Assembly (NCBI GenBank): GCA_963751205.1
Contig: CAVVTI010000001.1
Span: forward strand, 2,055,233-2,119,232
Length of the DNA: 64,000 nt
Reading direction: 5' to 3'
Origin: an uncultured Cytophagales bacterium
Lineage (GTDB): Bacteria; Bacteroidota; Bacteroidia; Cytophagales; Hymenobacteraceae
Part shown: in pieces, positions 19,240 to 28,783 of the stretch
How positions within the stretch are numbered: the first letter of the stretch is position 1
Layout of the letters: every line of letters begins with the position of its first letter
Program-made: the position numbers and the translations under genes
Notes under the pieces: generated by a model
Databases searched by the model: none
Told to the model about the DNA's origin: nothing
The model's input: the letters and a program-made list of their open reading frames with translations, nothing else

Positions 19240-20505
19240 ATGAAATATAAATTCTTAATGCTGTTTTTTGCGCTTTTGCTGGTTACCGGTAAAAGCTTTG
19301 CCACCTACGTGCTGGTTCCCATGGATGAATCGCAGAAGGACCATCTGAAATCTTATGGCGTGGCTTTTTGGGTGTTGCAGAATAAACTGGAAGTAGACTG
19401 GCTGTTGAATTACCGCGGCGGCAGCTTTGCTTTCCGCCACGATCCCCGGATAGAGAACGAACTGGTGGTGCGCAACGTGAGCTACCTGGTTATTTCCGAT
19501 GCCCAGTACAGTTCGGTCCTTTCGCAGATAAACGATCCGGATGCCAACATGGACGTTATGAAGCTGGAAAAAGTGCCAAAAATTGCGGTGTATTCGCCTA
19601 AAACCAAACAACCCTGGGACGATGCCGTTACCATGGTGTTAACTTATGCCGAAATTCCGTACGATGTGGTTTTTGATGAAGAGGTGCTGAACGGCGATCT
19701 GCCAAAATACGACTGGCTCCATTTGCACCACGAAGATTTTACCGGCCAGTACGGCAAATTCTACATTAACTACCGGTACCAGCCCTGGTACATTGCGCAG
19801 GTGCAGGAAGCTGAAAATACCGCTAAAAAATATGGCTTTAAAAAAGTATCGCAGTTAAAACTGGCGGTGGTTAAAAAGATGAAGGACTTTACGGCCGGCG
19901 GCGGTTTTCTTTTTGCTATGTGCTCCGCTACCGATACGTACGATATTGCGCTGGCCGGCGAAGGCGTGGACATGGTAGAATCTATGTTCGATGGCGACGG
20001 TGCAGACCCTAATGCTGATAAGAAACTGGATTTTTCTAAAACCTATGCTTTCAAGAATTTCCAACTGAACCGCGACCCATACAACGTGGAATTTTCTACC
20101 ATCGATAACCAGGCGCACGAACGGGGTTTGACAGAAGAGAATGATTACTTTCAGCTCTTTACTTTCTCTGCCAAATACGACCCGATCCCAACCATGCTTA
20201 CCCAGAACCATGCCAAAACAATTAAAGGTTTTATGGGGCAGACTACGGCCTTTAAAAAGCAGTTTATTAAAACCGAAACCATAATTATGGGCGAAAACAG
20301 AGCAGCCAACGAAGTGCGGTATTTACACGGCACGGTAGGCAAAGGCACCTGGACCTTTTATGGCGGCCACGATCCGGAAGATTACATGCACATGGTAGGC
20401 GAAGAACCAACCGACCTGAACCTGCACCCGAATTCTCCGGGCTACCGGCTAATTCTCAATAATATTCTATTCCCGGCGGCAAAGAAAAAAAAGCTTAAAA
20501 CTTAA
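19240..20505 (+). CDS. conserved exported Bacteroidota protein with class I glutamine amidotransferase-like features, often labelled asparagine synthetase B
   Basis: signal peptide; HLHHEDFTGQ, GGFLFAMCSA, GGHDPE; TAGTTTTG promoter at 19204-19211. Confidence 0.7.
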   Translation: MKYKFLMLFFALLLVTGKSFATYVLVPMDESQKDHLKSYGVAFWVLQNKLEVDWLLNYRGGSFAFRHDPRIENELVVRNVSYLVISDAQYSSVLSQINDPDANMDVMKLEKVPKIAVYSPKTKQPWDDAVTMVLTYAEIPYDVVFDEEVLNGDLPKYDWLHLHHEDFTGQYGKFYINYRYQPWYIAQVQEAENTAKKYGFKKVSQLKLAVVKKMKDFTAGGGFLFAMCSATDTYDIALAGEGVDMVESMFDGDGADPNADKKLDFSKTYAFKNFQLNRDPYNVEFSTIDNQAHERGLTEENDYFQLFTFSAKYDPIPTMLTQNHAKTIKGFMGQTTAFKKQFIKTETIIMGENRAANEVRYLHGTVGKGTWTFYGGHDPEDYMHMVGEEPTDLNLHPNSPGYRLILNNILFPAAKKKKLKT

Positions 20506-20520
20506 TTTTTATATTTTATC

Positions 20521-20566
20521 AAAACAAAAGAGCTTCTGAAATTAAACAGAAGCTCTTTTGTTTTTT
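20521..20566. terminator. bidirectional terminator
   Basis: aaaacaaaagagcttctg...cagaagctcttttgtttt. Confidence 0.8.
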
Positions 20567-20638
20567 ATTTGAACTATCAAAAGCATTTAGTTCTTATTAT
20601 TGGCTATTAACTGAAAATGAAAAAACTCCCAAATTGCC

Positions 20639-21232
20639 TTAATGCATCCTATCGGGCCGTGGCTCCAGCCGGGCGATAATTTCGGCTTCAGCTTTCAGCA
20701 ATTCCTGGAACCGGGCTTCTACTACATCGTGGGGCATGTATTCTTTGGCCAGCTTTACAAAACTGGTATAATGACCGGCTTCGGAAACCATTAGTTCGTA
20801 ATAAAATTTCTGCAGGCCTTCGTCCGGAATATTCTTCCAGAGTAATTTGAAGCGTTCGCAGCTGCGGGCTTCTACCAGGGCGCTTACCAATAACTTATCC
20901 ATAAGCTGGCGTTCGCGGGTATCGCCTTTCCGGATGTGTTTGGTTAGTTCTACCACGTATTCGTCGTTGCGGTTAGGGCCTAATTCGTAGCCGCGCTTAT
21001 TTAATTCTTCCAGCACCCGCTCAAAGTGGCTCCATTCTTCGGCAACCAGGGCGGTCATTTCTGCTACCAGTTTGGTTTTGTCCGGGTACTTTACGATCAG
21101 GGAAATTCCGTTTGAAGCCGCTTTCTGTTCGCAGTAGGCATGATCGATCAGGATCTCCGCAATGTTTTTTTCGGCAATATTCACCCAGCGCGGATCGGAA
21201 GGAAGCTTTAAGCGAAGAATGGTTTTGGACAT
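20639..21232 (-). CDS. miaE: tRNA-(ms2io6A37) hydroxylase
   Basis: DHAYCEQKAA, EEWSHF, EARSCERF, SEAGHY di-iron motifs. Confidence 0.9.
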   Translation of the reverse strand: MSKTILRLKLPSDPRWVNIAEKNIAEILIDHAYCEQKAASNGISLIVKYPDKTKLVAEMTALVAEEWSHFERVLEELNKRGYELGPNRNDEYVVELTKHIRKGDTRERQLMDKLLVSALVEARSCERFKLLWKNIPDEGLQKFYYELMVSEAGHYTSFVKLAKEYMPHDVVEARFQELLKAEAEIIARLEPRPDRMH

Positions 21233-21300
21233 AAATAAATTAAAAAACGCTATGGTTTAGCGAAGAAAAAGTGGCTAAAGTAATTTTAGACCCAATAAAG

Positions 21301-21738
21301 CTAATCAGGGGCAATGAAACTTTGAATGGAGAACCGTTTGGCCGGGTATTTTTGTAAAAACAGTTCTACTGCTTCCGGATCCAGTTTATTGTTTTTAAGG
21401 ATATTAAAACCGGCGAATTCGTAGGCCAACCGCCGGGCCATGTCGTTGTCGTCCTGCATTTCGGTTTTCCGGTTCAAACCAATAAAAGTAACTTCGTAAT
21501 AAATGAAATCGTAATCTTTGCCGAGCTTTTTGGAAATTGGTTTTATCGTAATAAGTTCTTTTTTATTCAGGTTCCGGAAGCTGTAATGCCGGGCCCAAAC
21601 AGTACCGGATTTTTCCAGATATCCGTAAGGCTTACCATCCACATAAATGGTTTTTTTACGGTAACTTATATCCTGGGAGAATCCGGAATAGCTGTATAAA
21701 GCAAACAACAAGCACCAGAGAATACCGATTCTTTTCAT
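21301..21738 (-). CDS. hypothetical exported protein
   Basis: 145 aa, signal peptide. Confidence 0.65.
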   Translation of the reverse strand: MKRIGILWCLLFALYSYSGFSQDISYRKKTIYVDGKPYGYLEKSGTVWARHYSFRNLNKKELITIKPISKKLGKDYDFIYYEVTFIGLNRKTEMQDDNDMARRLAYEFAGFNILKNNKLDPEAVELFLQKYPAKRFSIQSFIAPD

Positions 21739-21793
21739 TTTCTTTTGCAGTTAATTTTTGGTAACTTCTTTAAAATCAGCGTGAAGTTAACAA

Positions 21794-23635
21794 TTAATCG
21801 AAGAATTGCCACTTCGCTCCGAATATAAAACTCCGCCGCATGCCCGGATAGTATGGCGTGGTAAAATAACCCGGTCCGAACATTCCTTCGTTGGCGTGGG
21901 CCAGCTTAATAAACAGGTTTATCGTTTTGATATCGGCCGCAATGAAAACATCGATAACCGGGTAATCTTCTACGGTGAACTGGTCTTGCAAATAAAATTG
22001 CTGAAGCGCTGGCGAATAAGCATCGCCATGATAACCCGACTTGTAATTGGTTTCTATACCAACCTGCCCGAAAAGCGCTTTCTTAAAAATAAAACCTTCG
22101 TAAAAGATCCGCGACCGAACTGCAAAATCAGGTACCCGGATCAGGTTGGCTTTATCGTTGTTGGTATAAGCTACCAGGTTTTCCCAATGCAGTTTTCCCA
22201 GGTTAAATTTATGATTCAGCACGGCGGTTTGTAACCGTTGAACGCTGCCGGCCTGGGCTGGATTCTGAACCTGGTTGTAGTAAACATAATTCCGGATAGA
22301 AGTTGATGCTATCTCTAACCGGAAGAAATTATGCCAGACAGTAGCCTGCAGCCAGACGGTACTTTGGTCGGCAGAAATGTTATCAAAGGCGTTGTTCCAG
22401 GCGTGGTGATTGCCGTAATATCGCTGTTCCATTAAACTGGGGGCATAGCTTGTCCGCAATTGCCGGAAACCCAGAAACAGGAACTGCACATCGGCCTGGG
22501 CCCGGTATTCATCAGCAACTTTGTATTCGCCTGTAAAGCTGGTTTTAATTTTTTCGTTTACTTTTAACTCGGCATCGCCGCCCACAAAGGTCTGATTGAT
22601 CCGCCAGGTTTCCGGGGTAAGTCTTTCTACTTTTACGTTACGGTTTTTAAGGTAGGCCCGGTAAAAATAATGTTTCTGGTTGCCGGTAATTCCGGCGGTA
22701 TTTTCCAGTTCGGTGTAAATGCTGCGGTCGTGGGTCTGGGAGGAATCGTAATTAAAAATATTCCGGTTGAATGCCCGGTTATCAGCAAGATTCTGGTTAT
22801 CGAACCGGTTGGTTTGTTTCCGGCGGTCCAGATCATAAAAAAGCTTCATGTGCTCTCCGGCCAGGGCAAAGGTTTGCCCAATGTGCCAGCCATTACGGAT
22901 CTCCCGGCCGGTGGCATTAATAAGGTTTACCGGTTCGCTTAAAAAATCAAAGAATTCTTTTGTTGGCGTATCGGGGCTGGGTGGCCGGACACCGCCCGTT
23001 TCTACAAATTTATGGTTGTTGTTCAGGTAATTGGCAAATAAGTGGTACCGGTTATTGGTGGTTTGCAGGTGGGTGTAAAGTTTTAATCCGTTCATCACCA
23101 CTTCTTCGTCGGTCCGCTGGCCAGCCAGTTGTTTGTTGGTTGCCAGCCGCCGGTAAGCCAGGCCCGCATTCCACCACTTTTTTATGTTCCGGCTGAATTC
23201 TCCTTCAAAAACGCCTTCGCCCAAACTACCCTGCACAAATTCAAGCTTGCTGTAAGGCGAACGGGTATTGAAGTAGCTAATATTTTCTGAATGGTAGGCA
23301 TACAGATCGAAAACATCCCGGCCCAGTCGGGCGCCAATTTTATCCGGAAAACGAAAGAGCAGCGGTTTGGCCGGGAGCCCGATATTGCTCAACGTTTGGT
23401 AAAAAAGCGTATCGGAAAACCAGAAATAAGGGCTATAGTTGCTGTTTAAAGTTGTATCAACATGCGCTTCTTTGTAATTACCCTTAAAAAAACTGGCTTC
23501 GCGGAAAACCTGGGTGGTTTTTGGCCCATAAAGTAAGTGAGTGGTATCGTTTACGATCTGGCCCACTGCCGGAGCAGCACCAAATAACCAGAAAATGGAA
23601 GCAAGAGTTAGGCCGATCTTAAATTTCACGCTCAA
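21794..23635 (-). CDS. putative porin, Bacteroidota outer-membrane beta-barrel
   Basis: signal peptide, aromatic-rich strands, C-terminal FIFGAKWQFFD. Confidence 0.8.
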   Translation of the reverse strand: MSVKFKIGLTLASIFWLFGAAPAVGQIVNDTTHLLYGPKTTQVFREASFFKGNYKEAHVDTTLNSNYSPYFWFSDTLFYQTLSNIGLPAKPLLFRFPDKIGARLGRDVFDLYAYHSENISYFNTRSPYSKLEFVQGSLGEGVFEGEFSRNIKKWWNAGLAYRRLATNKQLAGQRTDEEVVMNGLKLYTHLQTTNNRYHLFANYLNNNHKFVETGGVRPPSPDTPTKEFFDFLSEPVNLINATGREIRNGWHIGQTFALAGEHMKLFYDLDRRKQTNRFDNQNLADNRAFNRNIFNYDSSQTHDRSIYTELENTAGITGNQKHYFYRAYLKNRNVKVERLTPETWRINQTFVGGDAELKVNEKIKTSFTGEYKVADEYRAQADVQFLFLGFRQLRTSYAPSLMEQRYYGNHHAWNNAFDNISADQSTVWLQATVWHNFFRLEIASTSIRNYVYYNQVQNPAQAGSVQRLQTAVLNHKFNLGKLHWENLVAYTNNDKANLIRVPDFAVRSRIFYEGFIFKKALFGQVGIETNYKSGYHGDAYSPALQQFYLQDQFTVEDYPVIDVFIAADIKTINLFIKLAHANEGMFGPGYFTTPYYPGMRRSFIFGAKWQFFD

Positions 23636-23647
23636 AAATAGTTAAAA

Positions 23648-24700
23648 TTACGAAACCCTGGCCTGCATTGCCTGTAATACCAGCGATTCGAATTCCGGTT
23701 GGTCTGCTAAAAAAGCCACGGTAATGGGTACGTAAAAAAACGGAAGATTCTTTACCGTACCGGCAAATTCCGGCGCTAATAGTTTTACGCTGTCTTTTCT
23801 GGTTGTAAGTATTAGGGGTTGCTCCCCCTTTATTTCTTCATAATACCGGGCAATTTCTTTAAGATCTGCGCCGGAAAAGGCATGGTGATCCGGAAAATTA
23901 AAATGGTGCATAACCTGGTACCCGGCAATTTTTAAATAATTAATTAATGGCTCCGGATTGGCTATGGCCGTAACCAGAATTACCTTTTTAGTTAAGCCGG
24001 TTTCCTTCCGGCTGCCAAATCCTATACTTTCGGCATAAGTATAAGTTGTAAAAAATACGGAAGTTCCAGGCTGGGTATACCTTTTAACCTGGGTTTTTAT
24101 TATTTGTTTTTCGGCCTCCGAAAGGGTTACCGGACATTTGGTTACTATTACAGCATCGGCCCTTTTGGCCCCCGACCGGGGCTCCCTTAGCAAGCCGGTA
24201 GGTAACATAAAATCGGTATCGAAACGGCGGTAAAAATCGGTGAGCAGTAAATTAAAGGCGGGCGTTACGGCCTGGTGCTGAAAAGCATCATCCAGAATAA
24301 TAACGTCGGTTTCAGGTTTTAAATCCTGAATTTTCCGGATGCCTTCTACCCTTTTTTCACAAACCGCTACCACCGTTCCAGGAAAATCAAGAAAGTACTG
24401 GAAGGGCTCATCGCCAATCGTTAAGGCGGTAGCGGATTTATCTGCCAGTACAAAACCTTTGGTTTGGCGTTTATAACCTCGGCTCAAGGTGGCCGTTTGG
24501 TAAGGCTTTAATAACCGTAGTAAAAACTCCACATGAGGCGTTTTTCCGGTACCGCCAACGGTTAGGTTTCCAACAGAGATCACCGGCAGGCTGAACCGGG
24601 TAGATTCAAAAATTCCCCGGCGATAAAAGAAATTCCGGATGGCCATTATTCCGCCGTAAAGCAGAGCAAAAGGAAAAAGCAGCCATTTAATAAATTTCAT
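23648..24700 (-). CDS. lpxK: tetraacyldisaccharide 4'-kinase
   Basis: VGNLTVGGTGKTP, LSRGY, GDEP, LDDAFQH, FPDHH; start could be GTG at 24712. Confidence 0.95.
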   Translation of the reverse strand: MKFIKWLLFPFALLYGGIMAIRNFFYRRGIFESTRFSLPVISVGNLTVGGTGKTPHVEFLLRLLKPYQTATLSRGYKRQTKGFVLADKSATALTIGDEPFQYFLDFPGTVVAVCEKRVEGIRKIQDLKPETDVIILDDAFQHQAVTPAFNLLLTDFYRRFDTDFMLPTGLLREPRSGAKRADAVIVTKCPVTLSEAEKQIIKTQVKRYTQPGTSVFFTTYTYAESIGFGSRKETGLTKKVILVTAIANPEPLINYLKIAGYQVMHHFNFPDHHAFSGADLKEIARYYEEIKGEQPLILTTRKDSVKLLAPEFAGTVKNLPFFYVPITVAFLADQPEFESLVLQAMQARVS

Positions 24701-24916
24701 GGATTGAGACACCGGTTTGGGGTAAAATTACATTTTTTTTGCACGCACCGGCATTTGCTATGATGCAGATTTACTTTTTCAGGTTAAAAGTATACCGTTT
24801 TAACATGAATGTTTGTTTTTATCTGGTCTTTTATAAAAGCTTATTCCTATCTGGTTTTTGACCCCAAGCCTTAAAATTTCGTATGGAGAAGTTTTTTTAA
24901 GAATACTTTTTTACCA

Positions 24917-26044
24917 ATGAATGAATTAAGAAATAACCTTAACAACCTGATTGACCACGATTTTTTCCGGAGAGAGATTTACCATAATACCGTGCTTGAT
25001 TACCTTATTGCGCTGGGTTTAGTGCTTTTGGGCTTCATGTTCGTTAAAGTTTTTAAACGCACTATTCTGGCAAGATTAAAAAATTGGACCCTTCGAACCC
25101 AGAATCATTACGACGATTTTGTATACAATAGTATCGAACGGTTCGGCATTCCGTGGCTTTACATAACGGTTGCTTATATCGGCATTCATTATTTAACGCT
25201 CCAAAAAAATACTGCAGCTATAATTAAGATCGCCTTTACTGCTGCATTTACCTTCCTGGTCATCCGGCTGGTGGCCTCCATCATTCTGGCTTTACTTCAA
25301 AAGTTCGTCCGGAAACAAAGTCAAAGCGACGAAAAAATAAAACAACTGGGCGGCATTATGCTCATTGTAAACATTTTTATTTGGGTTATCGGCCTGTTGT
25401 TCTTTTTCGACAACATGGGTTTTGAAGTTACAACCGTAATTACCGGGTTAGGAATTGGCGGAATTGCAATAGCGCTGGCCGCGCAGAATATTCTGGGCGA
25501 CCTGTTTAACTACCTGGTTATTTTCTTCGACCGCCCTTTCGAAACCGGCGATTTTATTGTAGTAGATGAAAAAAGCGGTACAGTTGATTATATTGGCATT
25601 AAAACCACCCGGGTTCAAAGCTTGAGCGGCGAACAACTGGTTTTCTCCAACAGCGACCTCACCGGATCCCGGATCCATAACTACAAACGGATGAACCGGC
25701 GCCGGGTAAAATTTAACTTTGGGGTGGTATACCAAACTACCCCGGAAAATTTGCGGGCCATTCCGATAATTGTAAGAAACATAATTGAATCGCAGCAATC
25801 CGTGCTTTTCGACCGGGCTCATTTTGCTGCTTACGGCGATTCAAGCCTCGATTTTGAAGTGGTATACAACGTGCTGACCACCGATTATAATACCTATATG
25901 GATATTCACCAGGAAGTAAATTTGCAGCTATTTGAAACATTTCTGGAAAAAGGAATTTCCTTTGCCTACCCAACCCGCACTATAATCCAGGAACCAGGCG
26001 AAATGCAGGCACGGGATCCGAAAGCGGTTTTGGAATTGCCTTAA
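24917..26044 (+). CDS. mscS: small-conductance mechanosensitive channel family
   Basis: GLGIGGIAIALAAQ, DRPFETGDFI, IGIKTTRV, FAYPTRT. Confidence 0.9.
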   Translation: MNELRNNLNNLIDHDFFRREIYHNTVLDYLIALGLVLLGFMFVKVFKRTILARLKNWTLRTQNHYDDFVYNSIERFGIPWLYITVAYIGIHYLTLQKNTAAIIKIAFTAAFTFLVIRLVASIILALLQKFVRKQSQSDEKIKQLGGIMLIVNIFIWVIGLLFFFDNMGFEVTTVITGLGIGGIAIALAAQNILGDLFNYLVIFFDRPFETGDFIVVDEKSGTVDYIGIKTTRVQSLSGEQLVFSNSDLTGSRIHNYKRMNRRRVKFNFGVVYQTTPENLRAIPIIVRNIIESQQSVLFDRAHFAAYGDSSLDFEVVYNVLTTDYNTYMDIHQEVNLQLFETFLEKGISFAYPTRTIIQEPGEMQARDPKAVLELP

Positions 26045-26120
26045 AGGGCATAGCGGAACTTTATTAACAGTAAAATTTAAAATCGAACCGGATTTTTTCA
26101 ATACTTACTTTAAATTCTAA

Positions 26121-27218
26121 ATGCCTAAAATAAAAGAAATAATAAACCTCCTGGAAAACCTGGCCCCCCTGGCCTGGCAGGAAAGTTACGATAATGCCGG
26201 CCTGCAAACCGGAAATTCCAATACGGAAGTAACCGGCGTGCTGATTACCTTAGATTGCACCCTGGAAGTGGTAGAAGAAGCAATTGCTAAAAACTGCAAC
26301 CTGATCGTGGCGCATCACCCGGTTATTTTCAAGCCGCTCAAACGATTAACCGGCACCAACCAGGTAGAACAAACTATTATTAAAGCCATTCAGAACAACA
26401 TTGCCATTTATGCCAGCCACACCAATTTAGACAGCGTGCTGGGCGGAGTAAATTCTAAAATTGCCAAAAAGCTTGGCTTACAGAAAACCAAAATACTGGA
26501 CCAGAAAAAAGAAGCCCTGATCAAACTGGTAACCTTCGCGCCCAAAGAAAATACCGAAACAGTTTTAAAAGCCATGCATGCCGCCGGTGCCGGCCAGATT
26601 GGAGATTACAAAAATTGCAGTTACCACACCGAAGGCGAAGGGCGCTTTTTACCAACTAAAGAATCCGACCCGCACATTGGAGAACCCGGAAAACCGGAAA
26701 AAGTAAAAGAAGACCGCATAGAAGTGCTGTTGCCGGCCCCTTTTCAAAGCCGGGTAGTAGATGCGCTGGTTGCTGCTCACCCTTACGAAGAAGTAGCCTA
26801 CGATCTTTATCCTCTGAAAAATGCTTACCAGGAAGTAGGCATTGGCATGATAGGAGAACTTCCGGAGGCCATGACACCGGAACAATTCGTTGCGCATTTG
26901 AAAACCAAAATGGAAATTACCGGGCTAAAATATACTAAAATCGGACCGGATAAAATCAGGAAAATAGCTGTTTGCGGCGGGGCGGGCAGCTTTTTAATTG
27001 GAAAAGCCCTGCAAAGCGGCGCCGATGCTTTTGTAACCGCAGATCTGAAATACCACGAATATTTTATGGCCGAAAACAGAATGCACCTGTTCGACCTGGG
27101 GCATTATGAAAGCGAAGTTTTCACAAAGGAAATATTTTATGATTTGATTTTGCAAAATTTTCCTAATTTTGCAGTCTTATTGTCAGAAATTAATACCAAT
27201 CCTGTTACCTATAGCTAA
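26121..27218 (+). CDS. Nif3-like dinuclear metal centre protein with PII-like insert
   Basis: QESYDNAGL, HHPVIF, HTNLD, AHPYEEVAYD, GHYESE. Confidence 0.92.
   Translation: MPKIKEIINLLENLAPLAWQESYDNAGLQTGNSNTEVTGVLITLDCTLEVVEEAIAKNCNLIVAHHPVIFKPLKRLTGTNQVEQTIIKAIQNNIAIYASHTNLDSVLGGVNSKIAKKLGLQKTKILDQKKEALIKLVTFAPKENTETVLKAMHAAGAGQIGDYKNCSYHTEGEGRFLPTKESDPHIGEPGKPEKVKEDRIEVLLPAPFQSRVVDALVAAHPYEEVAYDLYPLKNAYQEVGIGMIGELPEAMTPEQFVAHLKTKMEITGLKYTKIGPDKIRKIAVCGGAGSFLIGKALQSGADAFVTADLKYHEYFMAENRMHLFDLGHYESEVFTKEIFYDLILQNFPNFAVLLSEINTNPVTYS
27164..27171 (+). promoter_or_regulatory. -7 element embedded in the nif3 3' end
   Basis: TAATTTTG ~52 nt before the next ATG. Confidence 0.45.
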
Positions 27219-27223
27219 TATAC

Positions 27224-27955
27224 ATGGAAAGTACTGTAGCCAGTAAACTAGAGTCTCTTTTAAAACTTCAAACCATCGATTCCCAGTTAGATGAAATTAA
27301 ACGGGTTCGGGGCGACCTGCCGGAAGAAGTTCGCGACCTGGAAGATGAAATTGCGGGCTACGAAGTTCGGGTTCAGAAATTCGACGAAGAGATCCAGTTC
27401 CTGAATGAGCAGATCCTGGCGCGGAAACAAGCCATCAAAGATTCAGAGAACCTGATCCGCAAATACGAAGAGCAGCAGCAAAACGTACGGAACAACCGCG
27501 AATTCGATGCTATTACCAAAGAGATCGAATTGCAGAAACTGGAGATTCAGATCTCGGAAAAAAAGATCCGCGAATCGTTTTACCAGATCGACCAGAAAGG
27601 CCAGGAAATTGCCGGTACCAAACAGCGCCTGGAAGAACGCCTGAAAGACCTTAACAGCAAAAACGGCGAACTGCAGGTAATTATTTCGGAAAGCGAAGAA
27701 GATGAGCGCAAGCTGATGGACGAACGCGGAAAAGCCGAAAAAAATATTGAAGACCGCCTGATCATGGCTTACACCCGGATCCGGGGAAATGTTCGGAATG
27801 GTCTGGCAGTAGTTACCGTAAAGCGTGATGCCTGCGGCGGTTGCTTTAATACAGTTCCGCCACAACGGCAGGCAGATATTGCTTCCCATAAGAAGATCAT
27901 CGTTTGTGAGCATTGTGGCCGCATCTTTGCCGATGTGGAGCAGCGTATTGCTTAA
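27224..27955 (+). CDS. coiled-coil C4 zinc-ribbon protein (DUF164/CT398-like)
   Basis: long coiled coil, then CGGC...CEHCGRI. Confidence 0.9.
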   Translation: MESTVASKLESLLKLQTIDSQLDEIKRVRGDLPEEVRDLEDEIAGYEVRVQKFDEEIQFLNEQILARKQAIKDSENLIRKYEEQQQNVRNNREFDAITKEIELQKLEIQISEKKIRESFYQIDQKGQEIAGTKQRLEERLKDLNSKNGELQVIISESEEDERKLMDERGKAEKNIEDRLIMAYTRIRGNVRNGLAVVTVKRDACGGCFNTVPPQRQADIASHKKIIVCEHCGRIFADVEQRIA

Positions 27956-27969
27956 TCTGCCATTCTAAC

Positions 27970-28015
27970 TACCACAAAAAAGCCTTTGGAATTCTCCGAA
28001 GGCTTTTTTGTGGTA
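27970..28015. terminator. bidirectional terminator
   Basis: taccacaaaaaagcc...ggcttttttgtggta. Confidence 0.8.
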
Positions 28016-28053
28016 CCTGCTTTTATAATTTTCCTGAAGGAGAAAATTTAATT

Positions 28054-28596
28054 TTAAAACAGTTTCCTGACGTGGATTATACTTCGGCCTTCTGCTTCAA
28101 ACTTTTCCAGTTCTATTTCAAAATTACTTTCTTCGTTGTAAGCCCTGGCAATGCCTTTTATCAGCCCTACTCCTAATTCCACCATTTTCCGGGCCGATAT
28201 GTAATGGATCTCCAGTTCATTGTGGCTAACCCGGCGCACATCCAGAATGGGCGGAGCGGCACCCGCGGTACTTTTCCTTACAGCAACATGAATTGTCTTT
28301 TCGGCATTTTCCAGCATATCCATGGTTCGCCATTCCGGATTTATAAAGGCCCGGTATACTTTCATAAGATCCGGAACCATGCTGTAACCAAACATTTCAA
28401 GCAATTGCCCGGCCGGTAAACGCGTTTTGACTGAGACACTGGTAAGTAAAGCCACCAGTTCTGCATCCGGGTACAAGGCAATCGGGCTGTACAAGCGGTC
28501 CTGAAGTTTGTTTTCCGCTAATATTTCGTCCCAGAGCGTAAAAGGGACCTGCGTTAAAGCAAATTTTTCGAATTGTATAAATATAAAGCCGTGCAT
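28054..28596 (-). CDS. H-NOX (HNOB) heme NO-binding protein
   Basis: MHGFIF start, YPD.E, FG, proximal His in TIHVAV, PP, YxSxR (YISAR), GLIKG. Confidence 0.88.
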   Translation of the reverse strand: MHGFIFIQFEKFALTQVPFTLWDEILAENKLQDRLYSPIALYPDAELVALLTSVSVKTRLPAGQLLEMFGYSMVPDLMKVYRAFINPEWRTMDMLENAEKTIHVAVRKSTAGAAPPILDVRRVSHNELEIHYISARKMVELGVGLIKGIARAYNEESNFEIELEKFEAEGRSIIHVRKLF

Positions 28597-28783
28597 ATAA
28601 TTCTAGCTAGAATGTAATACTACTAAATTTTTACGGAACGCCGTTTTTTTTGAATTTTCTGTACTGTTTTTTTAAAAGGCATAAATAGCCTACTTTCGTA
28701 ACTGGTTCTGCTTTGGTTTAACTTAAGATTCCCGATTTACCTTTTTTTTATCTTTCCAATCCTGCTGCTCCAGCTGTTAATCC

